A DNA stretch of 24,000 bases from Maccoyibacter intestinihominis (GCF_040096355.1 NZ_JBBMEX010000002.1:272483-296482), one strand, 5' to 3'. Shown: positions 1-7,895, numbered from the stretch's first letter. A program made the numbers and translations. Notes: generated by a model not told the origin, from the letters alone.

Positions 1-1
1 A

Positions 2-946
2 TTCGATAGCAAAATTTTATCATGGCTATACTGGCGTATAGATATGATTTTTATTTTCTATCTAATCATTGGTTTTGTATGTATATTTAATTACTTCTGG
101 AAAAAACCATGGGGATATTTGGATGAAGTTATTTCCGCAACACAGACAGTTTATGAGCAGAATGATCATCCTGTAGCATTGTCTGATCCCCTTAAAGAAT
201 TAGAGGAACAACTTAACCAGATTAAACTGTCTGTGTTGTTAAGCAAACAGGTAGCAAAAGAAGCTGAGGATAGGAAAAATGAAATTGTTATGTATCTGGC
301 CCACGATATACGCACTCCCCTAACAACAGTGATTGGATATTTAAGTTTACTCCACGAAGCACCGGATATGCCTGAAAAACAGAAAGAAAAATATGTTCAA
401 ATTGCATTAAGTAAGGCTGAACGACTTGAAAAGCTTATCAATGAATTGTTTGAAATTACAAAATATAATGCACACACTGTCTCGTTAAAGAAAGAAAAGG
501 TAGACTTACAGTGTTTGTTGGCACAGGTAGTTGATGAAATATATCCCTCTTTATCTGCAAAAGGCAATTCGGCTGCTTTTACGGTTGATGATGATTTAGT
601 TGTATATGCTGATCCGGAAAAGCTGGCAAGGGTTTTTAGTAATCTTTTGAAAAATGCAGCGGCATACAGCTATCCTAATACAGAGATTATTATAACTGCA
701 AAGCGTTGTGGTAATAGCGTTCAAATAAACTTTGAAAATCATGGACGGACTATTGAACCTGAACAAATTTCTGGCATATTTGAAAAATTCAATCGCTTGG
801 ATGAAGCCCGCCTTTCTGATACAGGCGGTGTAGGATTAGGACTGTCGATTGCAGAGGAAATTATACGATTACATGGTGGAACCATTACTGCGTTTAGCGA
901 AAATGAGATGGTGTCTTTTGTGATTATGCTTCCCATTTCTGATTAG
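2..946 (+). CDS. VanS-type sensor histidine kinase, 5' end outside the window
   Basis: The frame stays open upstream of ATG 44 to the window edge. It has an H-box (MYLAHDIRTPLTTVIGYLSLLHEAPDMP) and HATPase_c N/G boxes (LLKNAAAYS, DTGGVGLGLSIAEEI). Long stretches parallel enterococcal VanS as I recall it. Confidence 0.85.
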   Translation, partial: FDSKILSWLYWRIDMIFIFYLIIGFVCIFNYFWKKPWGYLDEVISATQTVYEQNDHPVALSDPLKELEEQLNQIKLSVLLSKQVAKEAEDRKNEIVMYLAHDIRTPLTTVIGYLSLLHEAPDMPEKQKEKYVQIALSKAERLEKLINELFEITKYNAHTVSLKKEKVDLQCLLAQVVDEIYPSLSAKGNSAAFTVDDDLVVYADPEKLARVFSNLLKNAAAYSYPNTEIIITAKRCGNSVQINFENHGRTIEPEQISGIFEKFNRLDEARLSDTGGVGLGLSIAEEIIRLHGGTITAFSENEMVSFVIMLPISD

Positions 947-962
947 GCATTTAGAAGTAAAA

Positions 963-981
963 TCTTAGGAATTTCTTAGGA
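963..981 (+). promoter_or_regulatory. Direct repeat TCTTAGGA x2 with 11-bp register, candidate OmpR/VanR-family response-regulator site
   Basis: TCTTAGGA occurs at 963-970 and 974-981, between the kinase stop and the ABC operon. A TACAAT -10-like hexamer lies at 1024-1029 with no good -35, which fits an activator-dependent promoter. Confidence 0.45.
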
Positions 982-1077
982 GATTTTGTTCCATATCTTT
1001 GAGATTAAACTGTTTTTGTTCGGTACAATAGTTACTGAACAAGGACAGTTTTTTGTTTAAGAGAAAGGAGTACACCT

Positions 1078-1965
1078 ATGGAATTAAAGATTGAACACAT
1101 CAGCAAACAGTTCAAAGATAAAACTGCAGTCGATGATGTCAGCCTTACATTAACAACTGGCGTATGGGGATTATTGGGGGCAAATGGGGCTGGAAAAACC
1201 ACTCTCATGCGAATACTTGCAGACATTATGACACCTAGTAGTGGTCGTATATCTTTGGATGGGAAAGACATTCATAAAATGGGAGCAGATTATCGCAATA
1301 TCTTTGGCTTTTTGCCACAAGATTTTGGCTATTCCCGCGATTTTACGGTCAAAGACTATCTGGAATATGTTGCTGCACTAAAGGATGTGCCGCTCAGAGA
1401 AACCACAAAGAAAATCAACTATCTGTTGGATATTCTTACCCTTTCTGATGTGAAGCGAAAAAAAATTGCACAACTATCTGGTGGTATGAAACGTCGTGTA
1501 GGAATTGCACAGGCCATGCTGAATGACCCTAAAATTCTTGTTATGGATGAGCCAACAGCAGGACTTGACCCTGGAGAAAGAGTACGGTTTAGAAACTTCA
1601 TTTCGGAATTTTCCCATGACCGTATTGTGTTGATTTCTACGCATATTGTTTCTGATATTGAATATATTGCAACTCGTAATGCGATTATGAAAGCTGGAAA
1701 GATTATTGATGTGGGAACAACAAGCGATTTGGTAAAACAGATTGAGGGGAAAGTATGGAGCTGTGCGATTCCTGCTCATAAGATGATGGACTATGAAATG
1801 CGTCTGAGGATTATCAATCAGCGAGGCGAGGACAATAATCAAATATCTATTCGTTATCTTGCAGAGCACTCCGAAGTAGAGGGTTCCATTCTTGCGGAGC
1901 CGCGTTTGGAAGATTTGTATTTATGGTTGTTTCCACAAGAAGATGTCGAAAGGGAGGAAAAATAA
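1078..1965 (+). CDS. ABC transporter ATP-binding protein (ABC-2 type)
   Basis: RBS AAAGGAG lies upstream. Walker A is GANGAGKTT, the signature is LSGGMKRRVGIA and Walker B is ILVMDEPTAGLD. Confidence 0.9.
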   Translation: MELKIEHISKQFKDKTAVDDVSLTLTTGVWGLLGANGAGKTTLMRILADIMTPSSGRISLDGKDIHKMGADYRNIFGFLPQDFGYSRDFTVKDYLEYVAALKDVPLRETTKKINYLLDILTLSDVKRKKIAQLSGGMKRRVGIAQAMLNDPKILVMDEPTAGLDPGERVRFRNFISEFSHDRIVLISTHIVSDIEYIATRNAIMKAGKIIDVGTTSDLVKQIEGKVWSCAIPAHKMMDYEMRLRIINQRGEDNNQISIRYLAEHSEVEGSILAEPRLEDLYLWLFPQEDVEREEK

Positions 1966-1966
1966 T

Positions 1967-3205
1967 ATGCGTTTATTTTGTTTAGAAGTAAAGCGTGTCC
2001 TGAAATCACGACGCACACTTATCTTAATTGCTGTGGCTCTGGTTATGTCTGTTGTTATGGCATATCTGCCGATTGCTTTTGAGTCCATAAATCGTCCAAA
2101 CCCAGATGGAACAAAAACAGAACTTGATGGTATGGAGGCAATCGAATTTAAGCGTGATTTATATTCTGCTATAAATGGCGAAGTTACTCCAGAAAAAGTG
2201 AGTGAGGCTTTGAGAATTTATCAAAGTTTGATAAACGAATATGGTCCTATGGAAAGTGACACATTTCCGCTTTCTGTCAGTATTAAACAGATTGTACCTA
2301 TTCGTCCATTGCTTAAAGCGTTGCCAGAACTATATGCTGATCCGTTAACTGGAATAGGACCTGATCTTATGGATATTGATCCAGAAGATGTTGCACAAAA
2401 TTATTATCAGAAATGTGAAACTCATCTGGCAGATGTTATGAGGAATGAGCAACGCAATCATCCGGCCGCACAACAACAAGCCTTAGAACAATATAAAAAA
2501 GTCGATATGCCATTTCAACTTTATGCAGGATATTCCAAAGACGCGTTTGACTATGTTGAGCTTTATATTATGATTTTGGCAATTTTATGTGTTTCCATTA
2601 TCACGCCTATTTTTTCTGGTGAATATCAATCAGGCGCGGATAGTATTTTGCGTTGTGCAAAGCATGGTCGTACCAGATTAGCTATTACAAAGATATTGGC
2701 TTCCAGTATGATTGTGATGGTTGTGTATACTATGTGTATTACACTGCACTTAGCAATTTCAGATATCACATTTGGAACAAATTGTTTACAATCTTCTGTT
2801 CAAATGTTGTTTTCTATTATTAACTTGCCAAACTGGGACTTAGCACAGATGCAGATTGTTATTTCGTTAGTAGGGTTGATATCTGTTTTAGCTTGTGTTT
2901 ACTGTACTTTTTTTTTATCAGCAAAATGCAAAGATACATTGACGGTATTGTTGATTGCTATTGGCATAGTCCTTATTCCGACTTTTGCTTACACAGCATT
3001 AGGGGTAAATTGGATTTCAGCTATTTTTCCATCTGCGGGACTTGGTATGCAAAATAATTTTCTGTATCAACTTATCAATTTTAATTACCTACATATTGGG
3101 GGAATGAGTTTTTGGACACCGTATACTATATTAATTTCCGCATTGATTGAGATTCCTGTTTTCTTATTTCTTACAGTTCGAACTTATTGTAGGCACCAGA
3201 TGTAA
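1967..3205 (+). CDS. ABC-2 family permease with a large extracytoplasmic loop after TM1
   Basis: ATG 1967 lies 1 nt after the ATPase stop (the ORF-track start at 1892 overlaps the ATPase gene). The protein has an N-terminal TM helix, a ~190-aa hydrophilic loop, then multiple hydrophobic helices. Confidence 0.75.
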   Translation: MRLFCLEVKRVLKSRRTLILIAVALVMSVVMAYLPIAFESINRPNPDGTKTELDGMEAIEFKRDLYSAINGEVTPEKVSEALRIYQSLINEYGPMESDTFPLSVSIKQIVPIRPLLKALPELYADPLTGIGPDLMDIDPEDVAQNYYQKCETHLADVMRNEQRNHPAAQQQALEQYKKVDMPFQLYAGYSKDAFDYVELYIMILAILCVSIITPIFSGEYQSGADSILRCAKHGRTRLAITKILASSMIVMVVYTMCITLHLAISDITFGTNCLQSSVQMLFSIINLPNWDLAQMQIVISLVGLISVLACVYCTFFLSAKCKDTLTVLLIAIGIVLIPTFAYTALGVNWISAIFPSAGLGMQNNFLYQLINFNYLHIGGMSFWTPYTILISALIEIPVFLFLTVRTYCRHQM

Positions 3206-3248
3206 ATATAAGGAAAAAGGGCTATATTCATAAAGTATAGAGGATTTA

Positions 3249-3308
3249 TTACATCAAGTATCGAAATTGTTACATCAAAATATATTTTGGGGGATTTATT
3301 GATATAAT
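3249..3308 (+). promoter_or_regulatory. Candidate regulated promoter of the rSAM operon
   Basis: TTACATCAA occurs at 3249-3257 and 3270-3278 (21-bp register). GGATTTATT occurs at 3242-3250 and 3292-3300. An extended -10, TGaTATAAT, lies at 3300-3308 with no good -35. Confidence 0.45.
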
Positions 3309-3348
3309 CGGTTCATAATAAAAAATCCAAATGAAAGGAGTGTTTAGA

Positions 3349-4902
3349 GTGAAAGAGCAGAAAAAAATATCTTTAGAATCGCTGGTATCTGAAATCGAAA
3401 AAAATGGAAGAATTGGGCGCTTGGGTAAAGTTTTTAAGACAGAAAAAAATTATTATTTTTATGATACAGGAACTGGAAAAGTTGCCAAATTAAATTCGAA
3501 CGTTTACATTGTACTGAAAAGTTTATTGGAGGGAATGCCAGTCGAAGATATTAAAAATCTTCAATTAAGTAAAAGTGAGTTTGAGGATGCAATTTCAGAA
3601 ATTAAGTCGGCAATGGAAAATGAACATATTTTACAAGCTCCACCATTAAAAACGCTGACAGGTGATGCAGTAACAGAGTTAGATGATATTCTTGAAAATA
3701 AGGTTGAGAATGTTACTCTTGAAGTTACTGAAAAATGTAATTTACGTTGCAAATATTGTATTTATCATCCTTCTCATCCAGAATACAGGGCGTTCGGACA
3801 TGAAAACATGAAATGGGATGTTGCAAAAAAAGCTATTGATTTTTTAAAAGAGCATTCCCAAAATGCAGAAAATAGGCACATTGGATTTTATGGTGGAGAA
3901 CCTTTACTAAATTTTGAACTTATTGAAAGAGCAGTTGAATATGCTAAAAAATTATTTGGCGAGGATATGTCCTTTGCAATCACTACAAATGCAACATTGG
4001 TAAATGATAAGATCGCAGAGTATTTTGCCAAAAATAATTTCAATATTATTATTAGCTTGGATGGTCCTCAGGAAATGCACGATGCAAATCGGCTTATGGT
4101 TAATGGGACAGGTAGCTTTGAAAAAACAGTTATGGGAGCAAAAAAACTATTTGAAGCATTCCATAAGGAAGGAAAGAGTTCTAAGATTGGATTTAATATG
4201 GTTGTATCGGGACCAGGTTATCTTGAACAGTATACAAAAATTCAGGAGTTTATCGAAAAAAGTGAATGGATTCCCAAAGACGTTATGATTTTGACTGCAA
4301 CGGTAGATCATGGACCGTCAGAGAGTGATTACTTTTTACCGCAAGGAAAAGAAGATAGATGGTTTATGGAAGAGTTTTATGAACCTTTAATGAAATGGGA
4401 AGAAGTGTATAAATCAAATCCAGATAATACAGAAAAAACTTTGTTTACGGATGGTTATATGGATAAGGGAATGATGATTATACACAAACGCTTGTTGACA
4501 GAAACACCTATTCAACAGTATGGAATGAATGGATGCTGCGTGCCGGGACAAAGAAGGATTTATGTCACTACAAAAGGTGAATTTTTACATTGTGAAAAAG
4601 TAGGAAATATACCTTGTTTAGGCAATGTGAATGAGGGATTTGATAAAGAAAAAATTAAGAAACTTTATGTTGAAGACTTTATAGAAGAAGCAAAAGAGTA
4701 TTGTAAAGAATGTTGGGCAGTTAATTTATGTACATTATGTTATGTTAATTGCTACGATGCTAATGGATTACATCTTTCATATCGACATAATTCATGTCGA
4801 AACGAAAGAAAGTATTTGGAAGACAATTTAAGACGATATCATGCATTAATGGAGGCAAATCCAAGCGAATTGGAACAATATAATGAAATGGAAATTCATT
4901 AA
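3349..4902 (+). CDS. Radical SAM / SPASM-domain peptide maturase
   Basis: The protein carries CNLRCKYC (CX3CX2C), FYGGEPLL, and C-terminal auxiliary-cluster cysteines (CCVPG...KGEFLHC, then CKECWAVNLCTLCYVNC). A ~130-aa N-terminal extension precedes the rSAM core. RBS AAAGGAG at 3334-3340 favours GTG 3349 over ATG 3331. Confidence 0.88.
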   Translation: MKEQKKISLESLVSEIEKNGRIGRLGKVFKTEKNYYFYDTGTGKVAKLNSNVYIVLKSLLEGMPVEDIKNLQLSKSEFEDAISEIKSAMENEHILQAPPLKTLTGDAVTELDDILENKVENVTLEVTEKCNLRCKYCIYHPSHPEYRAFGHENMKWDVAKKAIDFLKEHSQNAENRHIGFYGGEPLLNFELIERAVEYAKKLFGEDMSFAITTNATLVNDKIAEYFAKNNFNIIISLDGPQEMHDANRLMVNGTGSFEKTVMGAKKLFEAFHKEGKSSKIGFNMVVSGPGYLEQYTKIQEFIEKSEWIPKDVMILTATVDHGPSESDYFLPQGKEDRWFMEEFYEPLMKWEEVYKSNPDNTEKTLFTDGYMDKGMMIIHKRLLTETPIQQYGMNGCCVPGQRRIYVTTKGEFLHCEKVGNIPCLGNVNEGFDKEKIKKLYVEDFIEEAKEYCKECWAVNLCTLCYVNCYDANGLHLSYRHNSCRNERKYLEDNLRRYHALMEANPSELEQYNEMEIH

Positions 4903-4965
4903 CAAAGGTAAATACGTTTATATTTACATAGATGTATTTAAATTACAAAGAAAGGAGGAATCGTT

Positions 4966-5166
4966 ATGAAGTTTGTAAATCCAATTGGAAGAACACCTGG
5001 ATCAGGAGTGCAGCCGAGAGCATGCATGTGTACTGATGGATATGCAGGTTACAGAGGCAATGATGATGGTTGTGTTCATTGTGGCTGTGGCTGTGGTGGC
5101 GAAGGAGAGTATCGTACAGGTAACAGAGTAAATGCTGTTGCTACATTCCGTTCTAGTACTCTCTAA
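4966..5166 (+). CDS. Cys-rich RiPP precursor peptide candidate (66 aa, 6 Cys)
   Basis: A strong RBS AAAGGAGGA at 4951-4959 lies 6 nt before the ATG. The peptide is MKFVNPIGRTPGSGVQPRA-CMCTDGYAGYRGNDDGCVHCGCGCGG-EGEYRTGNRVNAVATFRSSTL. It sits between the rSAM maturase and the ABC exporter. Confidence 0.75.
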   Translation: MKFVNPIGRTPGSGVQPRACMCTDGYAGYRGNDDGCVHCGCGCGGEGEYRTGNRVNAVATFRSSTL

Positions 5167-5180
5167 GAGGTAGTAAAAAC

Positions 5181-5211
5181 GAAGGCGTAGTACTATATGT
5201 GCTACGCCTTC
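5181..5211 (+). terminator. Stem-loop between precursor and exporter genes (possible partial terminator or mRNA stabiliser)
   Basis: GAAGGCGTAG (5181-5190) pairs perfectly with CTACGCCTTC (5202-5211). No U-tract follows it. Confidence 0.4.
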
Positions 5212-5230
5212 ACTATATAGGAGAAAAATC

Positions 5231-7006
5231 ATGCTAAAAAAAATAAAAAGGAATATTTTTTTGATTTATTATACGATAAGATTAATTTGTAAAATATGTA
5301 AAGCAAAATTTATTCTGGCATTTATTTTGTCTATAATAAATGGAATTCTTCCTGTTTCGTCCTTATTGGTAATGCAACAGTTGTTAAATGAAATACAAAA
5401 CAAGACACAATCATATCAATATGTGGTGTATCTTTTGATTTTATATTTCGGGCTAATTATCTCGGAATCGCTTTTACAGAATTTAGCAAGCTATAATTTA
5501 AACAATTTAAACAATCATTTAGTTTATGGAATAAATTACATTCTTATGAAAAAATGTGGGGATTTATCATTGGAAATGTTAGAGAGAACAGAAACATATG
5601 ATATGATAAATCGTTTAGAACAAGAAATTGGAAATAAACCATATCAGACCATGCAAGGGGTATTAGGCTTAGCATCTAATTTAGTTTCGTTATTTTCAGC
5701 CGCAATGATACTACTTTCATGGAATCCAATTCTTGTGATTATAATGATTGCTGTGTCAATATTAATGTTTATAGGACAAATTTATGTTGGTAATAAAGAA
5801 TTTCTAATGAGATATGAGCGCAGTGGAAAAGAAAGAAAAGCGTGGTATTATACATATTTACTTACACATGATACAGCATTTAAAGAGGTAAAAGCATATG
5901 GATTAAAAAAATATTTGCTGGATAAATATTGTAGCTTAGTCAAAACTTTCATAAAACAAGCCAATGAAATTGAAAAAACCAGAGCTGTTTTAAATATGAT
6001 TATTTCGTTTATACAAGATATAGTTTGTATAATTATAATGATTATTGCAATATATTTGGCTTACGTAGGGAAAAAAATGATAGGAACCACTATGTCATAT
6101 TTAAATGCTGTGTCCATGATGCAAAATGCTACAAATAGCATTGCCTCTAATGTTTATTCTATTTATAACGCAAATTTATATATACAATTACTAAAAGATT
6201 TTTTAGAAATAAAAGAAGGGGAGAATGCGTTAGGTGGTACAAAAGTAGATAATATAAAGACAATTGAACTAAGAAACGTATCTTTCGATTATCCTCAATG
6301 TAAAATGGCACTATCTACCATTAATTTAAAAATTAAATCAAACGAACAGATTGCAATTGTAGGAAAAAATGGATCTGGGAAAAGCACTTTATTTAAAATT
6401 TTATGTGGGTTATATAAACCTACTAGTGGGAAGCTATTTGTTAATAATCTTGATTTGGAGAATATTGATGTAAAGAGTTACAGGAATTGTATATCTGTTC
6501 TTTTTCAAGATTTTTTAAAGTATGAAGGTACATTGGAAGAGAACGTTTATATAGGAGATATTAGTACAGAAGTCGATGAAAATAAAATTAAAAATTCATT
6601 GTGCAAAGCAAACGTTGATTTTTTAAAAACCGAAAGAGGATACGAACTAAAAAGAGGATTAGGAAATTGGTTTGATGAAGGAGGTCAATTATCAGGTGGT
6701 CAATGGCAGAAAATAGCGTTAGCAAGAACCTATTATAAAAATGCAGATTTATATTTGTTGGATGAGCCTAGTTCCGCATTAGATGTAACAGCAGAAACCA
6801 AAATTTTTAAGAGTTTTTTTGAGGTGAGTAAAAATAAGATAGCAATATATATAACCCATAGAGTAAAAATTGCACAGGATGCTAATAAAATAATTGTATT
6901 AGATGGGGGTAAAATAGTAGGTATAGGAACACATGCAGAGTTATTGAAAAATTGTAGTGTATATCAAGATTTATATAATCAAGAGAACCTAAAAAATAAA
7001 GGGTAA
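5231..7006 (+). CDS. ABC exporter, fused TMD-NBD, without an N-terminal C39 peptidase domain
   Basis: RBS AGGAG lies at 5219-5223. The hydrophobic N-terminal half starts at residue ~20. Walker A is GKNGSGKST, the signature is LSGGQWQKIALAR, Walker B is LYLLDEPSSALD, and the H-loop is ITHR. Confidence 0.88.
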   Translation: MLKKIKRNIFLIYYTIRLICKICKAKFILAFILSIINGILPVSSLLVMQQLLNEIQNKTQSYQYVVYLLILYFGLIISESLLQNLASYNLNNLNNHLVYGINYILMKKCGDLSLEMLERTETYDMINRLEQEIGNKPYQTMQGVLGLASNLVSLFSAAMILLSWNPILVIIMIAVSILMFIGQIYVGNKEFLMRYERSGKERKAWYYTYLLTHDTAFKEVKAYGLKKYLLDKYCSLVKTFIKQANEIEKTRAVLNMIISFIQDIVCIIIMIIAIYLAYVGKKMIGTTMSYLNAVSMMQNATNSIASNVYSIYNANLYIQLLKDFLEIKEGENALGGTKVDNIKTIELRNVSFDYPQCKMALSTINLKIKSNEQIAIVGKNGSGKSTLFKILCGLYKPTSGKLFVNNLDLENIDVKSYRNCISVLFQDFLKYEGTLEENVYIGDISTEVDENKIKNSLCKANVDFLKTERGYELKRGLGNWFDEGGQLSGGQWQKIALARTYYKNADLYLLDEPSSALDVTAETKIFKSFFEVSKNKIAIYITHRVKIAQDANKIIVLDGGKIVGIGTHAELLKNCSVYQDLYNQENLKNKG

Positions 7007-7172
7007 TGCATGATGCCTACTCTCCTTTTGGAAATAGAGAGAAATGCTGCTGTTCTAACATTTCCCAACAATTATTTATAGGATGAATATTCGGTGGATA
7101 TGCACAACTTTAAAATTAGGCGCTTGCATAAAACGGAACATATCTAATCTGAAAAGTAAGAAGCATATTCAT

Positions 7173-7363
7173 ATTATTGTGAACTTCTGTGAAAATTAAC
7201 GCTCGATTGAAACAACTGAGTGTTTTCAATGTTTCCATCGGATTTAAAGTAAAATTCTGAGAGTTAATTAACTCTACGAGGAATTTATAAAATTCACTGT
7301 AAACGGCTGAAATAAACTATTTTTAGAAAATGAGAGTTAATTTTTCAGGAAGTTCACAATTAT
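7173..7363. repeat. ~190-bp noncoding segment bounded by 15-bp inverted repeats (14/15 match)
   Basis: ATTATTGTGAACTTC at 7173-7187 matches GAAGTTCACAATTAT at 7349-7363 as an inverted repeat. Inside are a perfect 14-bp palindrome GAGTTAATTAACTC (7261-7274) and the direct repeat GAGAGTTAATT (7259-7269 and 7332-7342). Confidence 0.5.
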
Positions 7364-7499
7364 AGAAAAGATGGCAGAGATAGAAATTATGTAAAAAGTA
7401 AAAATAACTAAAAAAGTGCCGGATGTTGGATATTTCGTTCGGTATTTCTTTCTGGAATGGGAACAGTTAGAAATTTATAAATCAAGAGGAGGCATACAG

Positions 7500-7829
7500 A
7501 TGAAGTATGTTTTTCCAGAATATAAAGAGAATGTAGTTTTGGGCGATGGAAAACTGCAGTTAAATCCAATGTCCTATCAGGTTATTTACGAAGGAAAGGA
7601 AATAGATTTAACGCCCAGGGAATTTGAAGTTCTGTATCTTTTAGCCCAAAGGCCAAATTGGGTTATTCCAAAGAAGAATATCTATTGTTCGGTCTGGGAG
7701 AGTAATTATTATGATGATCAGATTCCGTACAAAACAGTGGAACACGTAGTATGGAAGATACGAAAAAAGATGGGGCATGATATTATAGAAACATTGATCA
7801 ATGTAGGGTATAGACTAAAAAAGATGTAA
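7500..7829 (+). CDS. Stand-alone OmpR/PhoB-type winged-helix DNA-binding protein (no receiver domain)
   Basis: RBS AAGAGGAGG precedes ATG 7500. The Trans_reg_C-like sequence runs LTPREFEVLYLLAQRPNWVIPKKNIY..VW....VEHVVWKIRKKMG...IETLINVGYRL. The 28 codons upstream in the ORF track do not look like a receiver domain. Confidence 0.75.
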   Translation: MKYVFPEYKENVVLGDGKLQLNPMSYQVIYEGKEIDLTPREFEVLYLLAQRPNWVIPKKNIYCSVWESNYYDDQIPYKTVEHVVWKIRKKMGHDIIETLINVGYRLKKM

Positions 7830-7866
7830 AGGCAGGATAGTGTGAGTAAAAGTTTTTATATTCTGA

Positions 7867-7895
7867 TTGAATTTTTGGGAGATACGCCATATAAT
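7867..7895 (+). promoter_or_regulatory. Sigma-A-type promoter candidate
   Basis: TTGAAT (7867-7872), a 17-nt spacer, then TATAAT (7890-7895), upstream of the 8017 gene. Confidence 0.5.

Noticed and set aside
1474-1869. 131-aa minus-strand ORF, and similar antisense ORFs at 739-936, 1032-1271, 13737-14144, 14141-14488, 15236-15616, 15918-16232 and 22364-22729
   Set aside because: Each lies entirely inside a well-supported + strand gene with clear motifs. None has an RBS, and their compositions are odd (Cys/Ser/Phe-rich). They are shadow ORFs.
4004-4288. 94-aa + strand ORF inside the rSAM gene, in another frame
   Set aside because: It is out of frame with a motif-supported CDS and has no independent start signals.
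5075-5100. Short tandem repeat ggctgtggctgtggtggc, considered as a repeat element or CRISPR-like unit
   Set aside because: It is simply the codon repeat encoding GCGCGG within the precursor core. There is no array structure.
5002-5232. 76-aa minus-strand ORF antisense to the precursor peptide
   Set aside because: It has no RBS and spans the hairpin and intergenic region. The + strand peptide has a strong RBS and the right genomic context.
7009-7089. 26-aa ORF (MHDAYSPFGNREKCCCSNISQQLFIG) with a CCC motif just after the exporter, considered as a second precursor
   Set aside because: It has no Shine-Dalgarno, shows no similarity to the 66-aa precursor, and sits after the exporter stop. It is most likely chance.
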